A stretch of 54,728 bases of DNA, filler included, from Perkinsus olseni (Eukaryota): assembly GCA_013115125.1 (NCBI GenBank). It is 3 parts of 3 records of this genome, joined end to end, with 100 filler letters (N's around TTAATTAATTAA, not from the genome) between each part and the next. Parts side by side here need not be neighbours in the genome. Positions count along the whole stretch, not along the records: positions 1 to 18,191 come from JABANN010000620.1; 2 more parts are not named here. One strand, 5' to 3'. Below, one piece after another: positions 1 through 10,990 of the stretch. The notes under the pieces are model-generated. The model saw nothing but the letters and a program-made list of their open reading frames with translations, searched no databases and was not told the DNA's origin. The translations under genes and the position numbers were made by a program. Every line of letters starts with the position of its first letter. Position 1 is the first letter of the stretch.

Positions 1-1343
1 CTGCGATCTGGATCGCAGGACCGTTGCGCACAAGTTTCTGTATTGTGCGCCTGGCCTCTGCGTGGTAATTTCGTTCACGCCTATCCTCCTACGTAGGATT
101 GCTACCACGAGCGCCGGAACCTGAGGCAAGCGCAGTTCCATGAGAGAGCTCTCGGAACCGCCGAAACCCAAGCGATCACAGACTTGCAGGCCCATGAAAG
201 CCGAGTATTCGACCAAGCACCTTGCCCTGGTAACGGTGCTAGACACGTCCAGCCCGCCCCATCCTTTGGATGGTGACGAGCTCACCCACACTCTCGGTTT
301 TGCAGGGTTCAGGGAGGGTGGCTAAAAAAACGAAAGAGAGGCCTGGCGGCGCGACCCACGCGTCTCCGCAGAGACGCAGCCGTCTTCCTCCCGAATATAA
401 ATGAGTCAACTCAACTCAAGTAGCCGAAGGCAGAAACAGAGTCTGATACTAGCGCTAGCTGTGCAGCTGGTGTCCCAACGCTGCACCTTTGTGTCGAATG
501 TCCCCACACGGCCGGCTTCACCGACGGTATGTGACTTCGTCCATACCTCCAGAGGAAAAGTTGCACACAATTTTTTGCATCAGTCCATGCTACCTTTTGT
601 GTCTCTCCCTCGCTAGCCTAGCTTACGCGTTCGTCTTATGACTCAAACTCCGCTGTAGACGACTCTTGCTGCGTTATGATAAGGCTTCAAGAATCGTTAT
701 CCAATCGAACGCTGCTGTCTCTCGAAGAGTCACACTAGCGGGGGGCCCTAGAGTCGATAGGATCTCTTCTATTGCTGTGGGGCAACGGTCATTCCTCTGC
801 AGTGAACCCCCTCCGTCATGGGTACCATAATTTGTGATACTCTTGTGTGATTTTCTGAGCTAGGCTGTGCATTTGTCCCTCCTCGCTAGACGACGACATT
901 TTAATGTTATTACGATATTGTGGTGCATATTTGAGCGTTAGATCAGTATCTCTTCCTATATCCCTATTACTGGCTGAAGCATGGTTTTGTTAAGTCAAGA
1001 GGGAAATAACAACACTCCGCATTAACTACGTAGAGATAGTGAGACTATCTTCCTCTCCGCGTCTTTCGCGGTGATGCTTGCAACACGGATCCCGCACTTG
1101 GCTGCACACAGCGGATCCGTCTCCTAGCACTGGTAGTATTTCTCCCTGCTGTATTAATGAATATCAGACTTCTATCAGTATCACTAATGTCGGGCCCGTG
1201 ACCGAAGTGGCAGCTGGACGAAGGGAACCTTATTTAGAACATCGCCTAACAACCGGAGATTGAGGAACGCTTCAACTCAAGAGACATCACGTGTACATCA
1301 ACATCGAACACATCATGAGGGGATTTCGCATCTTAGGTTGAAG

Positions 1344-2798
1344 CTAGGACTGCATCCTAGAGCTCATCCAATCACTCATCATCATACCCCACCTGCTGCC
1401 ATACTTCATCACAGCGATGGTGTCCGAAGCTCCGTTGAAAGTGAAGAAGAAGAGCTGGTTCTTAGAGGTCTCCTCATAATCCTTGCTCTTCTTCAACTTG
1501 AACACTTGGAGGGAATCCGGGTAAGACACGCTTGAAATCTTTTTCCCGTTCACATACACCTTCGCCCGCACCTGGACATTACCCAGCCCGCCTGCGATGA
1601 CTTTAAACGGCGGGTCAACACTGACATAGACCCGGTCAGCGTGGCTGTGAGCAGCAGGATACAGACGAATGAAGTCCAAGGTCTTGGAAGGCTTCTCGGG
1701 CGCCGTGAAGAAGGCGACGCTGAGAATGTTTCGATGGACAGGCTTCACGTAGAGGGCCGTAACATTGAAGGCAATATCCTTGAGATGAATCGCGCACGGT
1801 TGAAAAATGAGATGCCGGAATTTTTTCATCAACTTCTGATCATCGGGTTGCTGCCAATTCGTTCTCTTCTTCAAAGACTTCCTGGCCGACTCCCAGGCTT
1901 TCTCGGTCTCCTCTGCGGAGTTGCAGCAGGCCTCCCCTTTATTCTGGAAGCTCGGGAAAGTGAGCACGCCACAGGTCTGTGTTGTCTTATTGACAAAGTC
2001 GTGCAGGAAGATGTCAGTGAAATCAGAATCCGGCAGTTTCGCTAGACAGAGGGCTTGGCCTCCCAGGTAACTGCAGTAGACCTCAGCCGGAATCTCCGCG
2101 CCCGGATGAACCATCTTTATTTTCTTCGTTTTCGTTTTCGCTTTCTCTGCCACCGTGTCCAGCGGCGGCATGTCTCTCAGCAAGTCTTCGGTTGAGACTG
2201 ACCGCGAAGGAATATCTGGTAACGGAGGTAACTCATGAAGGAAGTCTTCTCCCTCCTCCTCCTCAGAGCCGAAGATGTCCGAAAGCCGACCCCTGCCAAC
2301 AGAACGTACCGACCCAGTAGACGATCTCGAGCCCGGATTGAAGAGAGATCTGAGGGAGGCCACCGCGGAGTTTCTTTTCCCCTTGCGGTAAATGGCGGGG
2401 TTGAAGTCGCCGGGAGATCCCCAGGTCGATCGGAGCCCAGCACCCACATCGACAGAGTTCAGGCTGGCATCTGATAGCCGATTCGATAGACGTCCATCAT
2501 CATCTTTTGCCCCCTCATTTTTCTCTTTCTTCGAGTCCTTCTTGTCTTTCTTTTTTTTGTGCTTACTGAATGGCCACAACCATTTCTTCTTTATCTTTCT
2601 CTCGATGGAGTCTACCGACGACGGCCGTTCTTGCGCCTGGAGCGTCTGTCTTCTCTGCTTTTCGGGATGCCGCAGTTGGACTCCACTCAGATCAAAATCA
2701 TCGTCCGTCGCAGAAGATGGACCGGCAGCACCGAGGGCGTAGTGGACGCAGACGAGGGCAACAATGACAAGTTGAGAGACTCTGGTGGTGGTACCCAT
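1344..2798 (-). CDS. Intronless secreted hypothetical protein, 484 aa (signal peptide, Lys-rich low-complexity N-terminal half, Cys-containing C-terminal domain)
   Basis: Long ATG-initiated ORF with a hydrophobic N-terminus (LVIVALVCVHYALG). No family recognised. Confidence 0.75.
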   Translation of the reverse strand: MGTTTRVSQLVIVALVCVHYALGAAGPSSATDDDFDLSGVQLRHPEKQRRQTLQAQERPSSVDSIERKIKKKWLWPFSKHKKKKDKKDSKKEKNEGAKDDDGRLSNRLSDASLNSVDVGAGLRSTWGSPGDFNPAIYRKGKRNSAVASLRSLFNPGSRSSTGSVRSVGRGRLSDIFGSEEEEGEDFLHELPPLPDIPSRSVSTEDLLRDMPPLDTVAEKAKTKTKKIKMVHPGAEIPAEVYCSYLGGQALCLAKLPDSDFTDIFLHDFVNKTTQTCGVLTFPSFQNKGEACCNSAEETEKAWESARKSLKKRTNWQQPDDQKLMKKFRHLIFQPCAIHLKDIAFNVTALYVKPVHRNILSVAFFTAPEKPSKTLDFIRLYPAAHSHADRVYVSVDPPFKVIAGGLGNVQVRAKVYVNGKKISSVSYPDSLQVFKLKKSKDYEETSKNQLFFFTFNGASDTIAVMKYGSRWGMMMSDWMSSRMQS

Positions 2799-3220
2799 AC
2801 CGGCGAGGAGAGGACGGAGAGATGATACACCTACAAGAAAGAAGCGATGTGTCTGCCTAGGGGAAGCCGTCGGCTGCTACTGAGATTAACAACATCGGAC
2901 TTGATTCATCTGAATGAAAATTATCGGTAACATGTCATGCAGGAACATGCAAAGTGCGGGAGAATGCACCACGTGTTACAGCTGCTGTTGCTGTCGTATT
3001 CGGGACTGTGTGAGGGTAGAGATTACTCGCCGGTGGGAGAGCATGGAGGAGGGCGGCAAGCATGGCCAGCAGCAGGAGTAGGTGTTGAGTCTCTGACGGT
3101 GGAGGACGGAGAAGGGCAGCAAGCAGGAACCTCGGGAGTGGGCCTGACCTGACAGTACAGCACCAGCATCGAGAGGGTCGAAGGCTGAAGCAGTGGAACG
3201 GCGCCGAAAGCAGAGTAATC

Positions 3221-3360
3221 AAGAAGGAGGAGCTTCCCTATCAAGAAGGAGGAGCTTCCCTATCAAGAAGGAGGGGCTTCCCTATCAAGAAGGAGGAGCT
3301 TCCCTATCAAGAAGGAGGAGCTTCCCTATCAAGGAGGGGCTTCCCAACAAAGAAGGAGGG
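3221..3360. repeat. Tandem repeat, 22-bp unit AAGAAGGAGGAGCTTCCCTATC, about 6 copies
   Basis: Read directly from the sequence. Confidence 0.95.
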
Positions 3361-3671
3361 GTTTCCATCTTGGTAGGGACGATGAAAGGGTTCGATCTGG
3401 GAGTTAGACTCGAATGCCCACAGAGGTAAGTCAAGCCGGCATGGTGTATCGAAGGAAGTCGAAAGAGCCGTGTGGAGAGGGGAGAAGGAGACAACGCTAC
3501 GTGACACACTCATTTCGCTCACAACTGAATACATCATAGTCGGAAAGGACAACACGCACGCGTGCACACAACCCCTCCGATGTTGAGTTGTTTCAAATCT
3601 TTCAAGGGTCGACCTAAGATACGCCGCTATAGGACGAGCTCAGCGGAAGAGACTCCCGCTCAATGGGAAGA

Positions 3672-3766
3672 TGCGCTGTAACGCGAATGGTCATCGCTTC
3701 TGCGCACGCCAATCTAATCGATTGTGTTCATCTGGTGAGGCGCAGGTTCGACTCCCAAGCCCGGTA
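3672..3766 (+). pseudogene. tRNA-like relic
   Basis: A-box-like TAACGCGAATGG and an exact B-box GGTTCGACTCC (3745-3755). The T-loop is followed by 5+7+1 nt and then TTTTT. Stems are degenerate. Confidence 0.55.
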
Positions 3767-3929
3767 TTTTTCTGTCATTATTTCCGGTGGCCTTCGTAGA
3801 TCTGTCCTGCCAGGATCGTCTTTCACACGTCGAAATGGATGCCAGGAGTGCTCCTGAATTTAGAGGGGCCTTTTCTATTGACCGCCCTCATTTACCCAGT
3901 GAGCGGCAGTTTGAAGGAGCGTTTAGTAA

Positions 3930-6716
3930 ATGGGTGAACCCGACGGCGAGAAGGCGACGTTTTGGTACACGATGGTGGCCTCCACTATGGGCTCGGTGGC
4001 GGTCACTGCAGTTTGCACTCCCTTCGATGTGGTCAAAAATTACTGGCAGGTAACCTCGTTTGTATCTTCCTAGGATCAACCTAAGATGCGCTTTCTTTTT
4101 AGGCATCACCTGCTTTGAACCATCAGCGAATCAACACGAGTGGCTTGCAAGTGATGCGGCACATTAAAGACGCTTACGGTTGGCGGGCGTTGTGGAACGG
4201 CACAGTTACTAGTCTAGTGTATCAAATACCATCAAATTGGGTAGTGGGGAGCACGTTGACCTGTTTCGTATCTTGCATGCTTCAACCTATGATACTTATC
4301 TCAGACCTTCTTTCTACTGTACGAGCGTTGGCGCGAAGATGTCCCTGACGGAGTGGCGAGTGCCGCTGCTCGAGCCACCGCTGTTACTTTGTTTTCTCCC
4401 TGTAGGTTGATTGGTACGATTTGCGGGAAATGTGGTATTACTATTTTTAGTGGAATTTCTCCGTACGCGTGTGCAAGCCACGACAGGGATGGGGGAGGGC
4501 GCCATGGCGACGGTGAAGCGAGTTTTACGAGAAGATTCCTTTTCGAGCTTCTGGCGGGGATTGCTACCAACATTGGTCCGGTAATATCTGGGGAATCTTA
4601 GGTTGAACACGGTTATATTCAAAAAAGGTCGAAGATACCCCCCATATCAGGCGATTAATTCTCAATGATATTTCTCTTGTCTGCATCTGTTATACCACCC
4701 TTGCCTTACGGGACTGTTGCCTCCACTCACGAGCACTTTCCGTCCCCTCCACGACAATGGTATTACGCGTAGCTTCCTTGCCGAAGATCCCGGGTTCGTT
4801 CCTCGGTGGCGCTACTATACCATTCAGAAATCTATTTGGCGGATAAGCGATTCTGAATGGTATAGTTCAACTGCTGTCCTTTTTCCCTGCCTTCATACTT
4901 GTGGAGGAGAAGCCCGTCCACGACCCGGCTATAATTCGCCGCGTTTCGCTTGATTATAGCTGTTTATGGATTTGATAAAAATATCCTAAGGTCGATTATA
5001 GTCGTTCACGGAATCGATGAGGATGTGAAGATATCCTAAGGTTGATTACAGTCATTCACGGAATCGGTGAGGATGTGAAGATATCCTAAGGTTGATTATA
5101 GTCGTTCACGGAATCGGTGAGGTTGTGAANNNNNNNNNNNNNNNNNNNNNNNNNNNNNNNNNNNNNNNNNNNNNNNNNNNNNNNNNNNNNNNNNNNNNNN
5201 NNNNNNNNNNNNNNNNNNNNNNNNNNTAGTCGTTCACGGAATCGGTGAGGTTGTGAAGATATCCAAAGGTTGATTATAGTCGTTCACGGAATCGGTGAGG
5301 TTGTGAAGATATCCTAAGGTTGATTATAGTCGTTCGTGGATTTGTTGTTGCATCAGAGATCTTCCTTTCTCTGCAATCTACTGGTCACTTTACGAGTACA
5401 ACAAAAAGCTCTTCTTACCCGACCATGTGGAACGTCGGGGAGCCGCGAGATACGCGAATAACGAGGAGCTCTTGGAACTGGCAGAAAAACAGGTTGGGGT
5501 AGTAAAAGTAGCATAAAACGGTTTCACTTCGACCTTACTAGCAATTGTGATTATTGGACCTATCTCGTGATGGTCATTCCTAGCTTGCGCGACCGCTTTC
5601 ATGCGCTCCTATAGATGAATCGAATAAGTTAGACAAAAAAATCCGGGAATCTTCCTGTGAGCTCTCGGAACTCTCGAAATTCGTTTTTGCAACTGCCGAG
5701 TAATCTTATTCGTGAATTTGTGTGTCTTTCGCTCTTCATTGACGGCTTATATTATTATTCGCTTTCATCACGGGATTCATGGGTGGTGCGAAATTTTCCG
5801 ACTGTACCAATTTTTTTATCGACTTTCCTATCGTTTTGCTTGCTGCGTCGTTACCACGGAATATCCTTCTTACCATCCCTTGCGAGGTGGGTTATCGAGG
5901 GGATATCTTGTGGAATCTTAGGTTGACGCGAGGAATACACGAAAATTTGCAGTATCTTAGGTTAATCAGCCAGTAACGTGGATAGAAACCTTCGGGTTCT
6001 CCTTCCTTAATGGGGCGGTATGCGGCACAATCGCAGCCGCTGCGACGCATCCGTTCGACATGGTCAAAACCCAATTACAAACCGCCACTCGACCGAACAA
6101 ACAACACACTAACGTGGCTAAACGGTAAGTGGATTAGCGCGCGCCCGAGTGATCGAATATTGATATTGGGCGGCAGTGCAACCTCGACCTGGTTGAAGGA
6201 TACCAGCTTGATTCCGGCGATATTTGGACCGACTGGGACCTGCCGTCAGACGGCTTTCTATTTTACCACTATAACTGATTTTATGAGAGACTCGCCGTAG
6301 GGAGGGGGAGGGGATGTACGGTCGCTTCTCGTCATAATCGATCATCAGGGCGTGCGCTTTTTCTTTATGACGGTTTTTGGACTAATCGGCTTCAGGATTC
6401 ATACGACTGGTTCGGCGATGATGGCGATTTTCAAAGAGTATCGCTTGCGTGGATTTACTGTTGGTTTGGGACCCCGGCTACTGAAGGTGCGTATCCTAGG
6501 TTGGAGGGTGGAAGATACGAAATAGGTCGTGCAGGTCATTCCTGGATGTGCAATTATGCTTGGAACCTACGAGTTCTGCCATGCAGTAGCGGATAGCCTC
6601 GAGCTCGACAGAGTTTTGAAGGTGAGTCGAAGACAAAAAATTCAGTCGGTTTAACTTGCCGAATTTTTCAGGATCAGAAAGCTGAGCTTCCGTCGTCGTC
6701 GAAGTCCACACGATAA
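3930..6716 (+). CDS. Mitochondrial carrier protein, SLC25A39/SLC25A40/Mtm1-like, multi-exon
   Basis: Spliced translation gives three carrier signatures: PFDVVK (~4020), PLEFLRTRVQ (~4400/4450) and PFDMVKTQLQ (~6050). It also gives subfamily motifs RDLPFSAIYW (~5357) and VIPGCAIMLGTYE (~6535). Introns are GT-AG. ATG at 3930, TAA at 6714-6716. Confidence 0.92.
4742..4814 (+). pseudogene. tRNA-like relic (Gly-like) inside a carrier-gene intron
   Basis: T-arm CCGGG-TTCGTTC-CTCGG pairs fully (one G-U). D-loop-like AATGGTATTA, TCC at the anticodon position. Other stems are broken. Confidence 0.5.
4978..5336. repeat. Intronic tandem repeat, 50-bp unit, spanning an assembly gap (N 5130-5226)
   Basis: ATATCCTAAG recurs at 4981, 5031 and 5081 and again after the gap. 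Confidence 0.95.
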
Positions 6717-7418
6717 CCTTCGTCATTAGCGGCCGTTGAATTCATCGTCACTTCTGTTACATCGTTAAATTGCCTGTTTTATTCCTACCACCCATTGCGC
6801 GTCGTTTCTGCCGTGGAGAGTGTTTTGTTTGGAGTTGAGGACCACACCGTTCGCCGAGGCCCCGTTTTCGCCGGAGGCTGTGACATAGGTGGAAGAGGTC
6901 AGGCTCTTCGATGCGTCTTTACGGCGTATTAAATATGCGTACACTAAGTAGGTCTTAATAATAGCGACTACTTGCTAGAGACAATACACGAGGGGCGCTG
7001 AGACATCATTGACGTGCACGCGTAGAGTCATGCCAGAATGATGTGTCCCAGCGAGCCACTCAGCATCAACTGTCCCTTTAGAAATCACGGCTGATACTCT
7101 TCGCACAGTTGCATGGGCTTCCAGGTGTACCAACTAGTTCCCATCTTTCTTTGGTAGAGGATGAGATAGTAGGGGAAAGGAGCCACCGCCACGTGACAGG
7201 TGCCAGGAATAATCGTGGGGAGTTTTGGCGCAGTTTGGCGAGAAAACTGAAGAAATTTTCTCATGGCCTTTCTTCTGAGTAGACTACTTGGAAAGGGCCA
7301 TAAGAAAATTAAAGTAGTCACTGACGGTAACGTCAGTGGAAGGCGACGTCCGTCAGTGACTACTCGAAGTAGTCACTCAAGGGCCCATCAAAGGGCTACA
7401 CTTCACCATCATTTTGTC

Positions 7419-8175
7419 CAGGGGTTTATTTCACAGGAAATCCTAACCGGTTAGGATTTAGGACGTCTTCAAAAATAAAAATCTTAACCTCAAAACGTTC
7501 TCAGAAGAGTCAACCTGTTTCGCATGAAAAAAGCTTTGAAGGACAGTTGGATCCTAATTTTAAAGACGCCCTAACTCTCTTACCATACCAAGCAAGAAAG
7601 GAGAAAAATGCGATTTACCGGGTTGGAACCGAGGGTCTCACGAGTATCAGTCGCGTTGCTCAACCTACCGAGATACAATACTTGAATCGCGGGTCATGAA
7701 GATGAGTCCTTCATGACTACCACAGGCGCTAGACCTACGAGAAAAGTACTGCAACAATTGCAGTCTGCAACTCGCAGTGCACTTCTAAACAGATTGCACA
7801 GCACGCCGCTGTAATTAAATTTGCAAAAATACACGAGTCCCGAAGATTTGACATGTGCCGGGAGAGAACCAGGAAGCTTCTAGCGGAGCGGAACGTCTAC
7901 CATTTTCGCGGTTAGTATGCCTAGAAAGACTCCTCCGAGGTACTTCACGATGTTGTCCTGAAAACGTGTCCTAACGTTAGGAAAAGTGCCTTGCGAAATC
8001 CATACGTCCTAACCGCCTAACCTAATGTCAACAACCGCGTCCTAATTCCTAAATTCTAAATGGTAAGATCCTTTTGTCCTACCCTTGAGTCCTTTGCTTA
8101 GGAATCGGTCCTTGGGAATGCCATAAGGCCTAAAAAGGAGTCCTAACCCCTTAGGATCCTGAGGAAACCGTCCTG
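7419..8175. mobile_element. Putative degenerate non-autonomous DNA transposon (hAT-like ends)
   Basis: Imperfect terminal inverted repeats (CAGGGGTTTATTTCACAGGAAATCCTAA and TTAGGATCCTGAGGAAACCGTCCTG). Dense subterminal CCTAA/TTAGG motifs at both ends. No target-site duplication seen. Confidence 0.4.
7609..7690 (-). pseudogene. tRNA-like sequence with GAT (Ile) anticodon
   Basis: On the minus strand: GCGATT/AATCGC acceptor pairing, D-arm CTC-GGTAGGTT-GAG, anticodon arm CGCGA-CTGATAC-TCGTG, T-arm TCGG-TTCCAAC-CCGG, then A and TTTTT. There is an 8-nt insertion after the acceptor 5' strand. Confidence 0.6.
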
Positions 8176-8518
8176 ACTGCCAACATAACGCTTAAGAGCT
8201 TCCTCCAGGCAAGACTCGTAATCGATCATTGAACGCATATGCACAGCAGCTACGCTTCGGTACTCGGCGGTCGCCATTCCTTAATAGGGCCAGTGTAAGA
8301 GACTGGCTGCTTGAGACCACAACACCCGGGTTTTGCCATATGGAGTCCGATCTCTCATCTGTTGTCTTCTAATCATCCGCCACTTAGCTTACCTTCAGTG
8401 TAGCTTCTTGTCGGAGCAAGATAGGATCAGTGACATAGATATTAGTAATGTCTACGTCGCTGATCCTATCTGTTTTCCAGTATGTGATGTCACATTACAA
8501 GAGTCCCTCAGACTCCCT

Positions 8519-8666
8519 GCATACTCACGCGAGGGCACGCGAGTGCAAGGCGAATAGTGAAGTCAGATGGTTATCTGATACTAATGATACGTAGTAGCAG
8601 TAAAGGTAAGTGCCACTATAGTGCACTTGTTTCTCGCACCCTTGCGCTCGCGTATGTGAGTATGCG
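8519..8666. repeat. MITE-like dispersed repeat with imperfect inverted ends
   Basis: GCATACTCAC..CGCGAGTGCAAGG is mirrored by CCTTGCGCTCGCG..GTGAGTATGC. The core 8535-8605 is similar to 39677-39745. Confidence 0.55.
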
Positions 8667-9309
8667 TGCTCAGTCGCGATCGAGAGTGACCCTACCCTTG
8701 ACCTTCATGGACGAGAAATAAGAAGAAGGACCGTACGTGGAGACCGGCGGTCTCGGGAGTTCTCGACGTATCGACCCCCACGTAGTGAGAGATTGTACAT
8801 AGCGCGGCCAGGGTCACACTCGGGACAGTCAGGCGTCCCCTAGGTGAACCTATGATACCAGCAATAATGGCCATGGTAGACAAGGAAGGAGGTATCCATT
8901 AACTCGACTTGCTCAGCTATTGGACTATCGTGACAACTGCCCTCAACGGGAGGGCATATCCCCTCTGGTGATTCACCGGTTCCAGGCTTGCGTCCCGTGT
9001 AACCTCACAGCGGGCGTACAAGCCCGCTGTGACCGTGTGATCAAGCCCGCTATATCCAAAATTTCAGCTCATGACTCGGAAAATTGAATGCGTGAGGTCC
9101 GTCAAAGCAAATACAATCTTTAGATGGCGGGTACTGTACGATAAACAGGAGAGGCGTACGGAATGCAATAGCTATGGGACAGAAGCTTTGTAGCTGTGAG
9201 AATTGTGTGATGGCACAGTGCACACTGACGATGTAATATACGTCTTATCTTGTAAGTGTTTCGGTAAAAGTGGAGCGCAAAGTCTAGGCTAGTGGAGTAT
9301 GTTCCACTT

Positions 9310-9382
9310 AGCCATTTGGCCATGTGGTTAACTTGTATACTTGCGAACCGAAAGACCCCGGGTTCATTCCCCAGGTCTGACT
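9310..9382 (+). pseudogene. tRNA-like relic
   Basis: A-box-like TGGCCATGTGGTTAA followed at tRNA spacing by CGAAAGACCCCGGGTTCATTCCCC. Confidence 0.55.
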
Positions 9383-9540
9383 GATGCGCGATACTTACTC
9401 CGGCTACAGCTTATAAACACTAATGTTCCACAACACTAGTGCACCCGTGATAACTACCGAGCACAACACTAAGACCTTTGTAACATCATCAACATCATAT
9501 GACCTTATCAAGCCAACACTCCCACTATCATCCACCTACT

Positions 9541-10608
9541 TCAATTCATGAGCTGATTAATTGGCATTGGGAGTGTCAACGGCCGCGTTGCTCGCCTCTT
9601 GCTGACCTTCCTTTGAAGGGACACCACTCGTGACGGCGGAGTGCCCAGGACCAGTTCCCACTGCCAGTCACGGTAGCAAAGAAGAAAGTCGTCGAGGCCA
9701 AGACGATCGCCTGGCACCTCCGCCAAGTCCTCGAATGCAGCCAGGGTATCTTCATCAATGGTGGGCTCAAACTTCTCATATTCCACCCTCATTTCGAGAC
9801 GCCAGCAGCTCTCAGCGGTTCTGTTCAAGAACACCGCCGGCAGATCGACACGTACTTGCCGATCGGGGGCAATCGCGGACAGCTGGGCATTCGGCGGTCT
9901 GACGGCGAGTTGGATTTCCCTCTGAAGTATCTCGGGTTCATGCTTGCCTTCCACAAGTCCAACGTACAGCCCTTTGGTCGGACCAGCAAGATCCCGTTTC
10001 TTCCCCTTGCTTGCTTCCTCGGAGGAACTTTTGGGCTTGTCAGCGGCAGCCTTGTTATCAGTCTCCTCGGAAGTCTCCGGCACGGCCACCAGCGGCACAG
10101 GGCCGTGGAACTCTCTTATATTCAACTCGTCGTCTCGACCAGAGTAAAAGTAAACCGCCCATCCGTCAGTCTCGCTGCGGCACAAATGAAGAAGGTTCGT
10201 AGCAGATTTTGGTATGTTGTATTCAGAAAACGCTCGTAAAACGGCGGTTTTGTCAGCGTATCTTAGCTCGAAGCATGCACCATGCGAAAACTCGGCCTTC
10301 TCCCTGTGGTCGGTCTTGCGTAAAGATACCATTTCTCTAACCGGAACGAGGAACCCTCTTCCCGCGAAGCGCCCAAGACTGAGATTAAATTCAGGTCGCT
10401 GGGATTCCTCCTCGGACCAAATACGGAGGTCCAGGGAAGGCAAGTTAGCGACCTTGGGAGGGTCTTTATTGACGTAGTGACCAATCGGCGGTTCGGTCCA
10501 GGTAAAGCGACGGTCTCGGTATCTTAGGTTGGACCTCACACCCGACGCAGCAGGTAGGAGTAAGCTTAGATAATAGAGGGGGTACATCATGCTAGTTGAG
10601 GAAAACAT
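9541..10608 (-). CDS. Intronless secreted hypothetical protein, 355 aa
   Basis: Long ORF with a signal-peptide-like N-terminus (LYYLSLLLPAASG). Two apparently related Cys-containing halves joined by a charged linker. Confidence 0.75.
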   Translation of the reverse strand: MFSSTSMMYPLYYLSLLLPAASGVRSNLRYRDRRFTWTEPPIGHYVNKDPPKVANLPSLDLRIWSEEESQRPEFNLSLGRFAGRGFLVPVREMVSLRKTDHREKAEFSHGACFELRYADKTAVLRAFSEYNIPKSATNLLHLCRSETDGWAVYFYSGRDDELNIREFHGPVPLVAVPETSEETDNKAAADKPKSSSEEASKGKKRDLAGPTKGLYVGLVEGKHEPEILQREIQLAVRPPNAQLSAIAPDRQVRVDLPAVFLNRTAESCWRLEMRVEYEKFEPTIDEDTLAAFEDLAEVPGDRLGLDDFLLCYRDWQWELVLGTPPSRVVSLQRKVSKRRATRPLTLPMPINQLMN

Positions 10609-10664
10609 ATTTTGCTCGAGGAAAGAGACAGATCTTGCTTTCTTATCAACTCTTGCATTTCCTC

Positions 10665-10705
10665 AACGCTGGTGAAGACTCGCGGTTCGAATCCCGGTAG
10701 CGACA
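10665..10705 (+). pseudogene. tRNA 3'-half relic
   Basis: Exact B-box GGTTCGAATCC (10684-10694), then 5+7+1 nt and TCTTTT. Confidence 0.5.
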
Positions 10706-10990
10706 TCTTTTGAAATTCTTCGCTCCGCTGTTGAACTACCGCGCACGCCCTGCTCATCCAAACGCATGTTCGCAATCCGGCATTGGAAATATCTTTCGGC
10801 TCACCCATGGTCTGCTTGCTCTGGTCGTCTCAAACGGCGATGAGCTTTGGTTTGAATATCTTCTAAGCAATGATGTCATGAGTTTCGTAAAGGGTATCTT
10901 TTTATCACCATGAGCTTTCTCGGAAGAGCTTGCCGAGTCGCCTCTCCCTACAGAGGTATCTTCGCCATCACTCGACCGGCTCGTGGTGGA

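Noticed and set aside
3672-3766. Functional tRNA genes at the B-box sites
   Set aside because: None shows a fully paired canonical cloverleaf, so they are reported as relics.
8805-9050. SRP (7SL) RNA call
   Set aside because: The conserved helix 8 motif was not found on either strand. Kept only as an unnamed structure.
9308-9325. TAGCCATTTGGCCATG and GTAGCCATTTTG (~47624) as spliced-leader relics
   Set aside because: Only partial matches to the dinoflagellate/Perkinsus leader, with no GGCTCAAG end. The first is better explained as a tRNA A-box region and the second lies in a probable exon.
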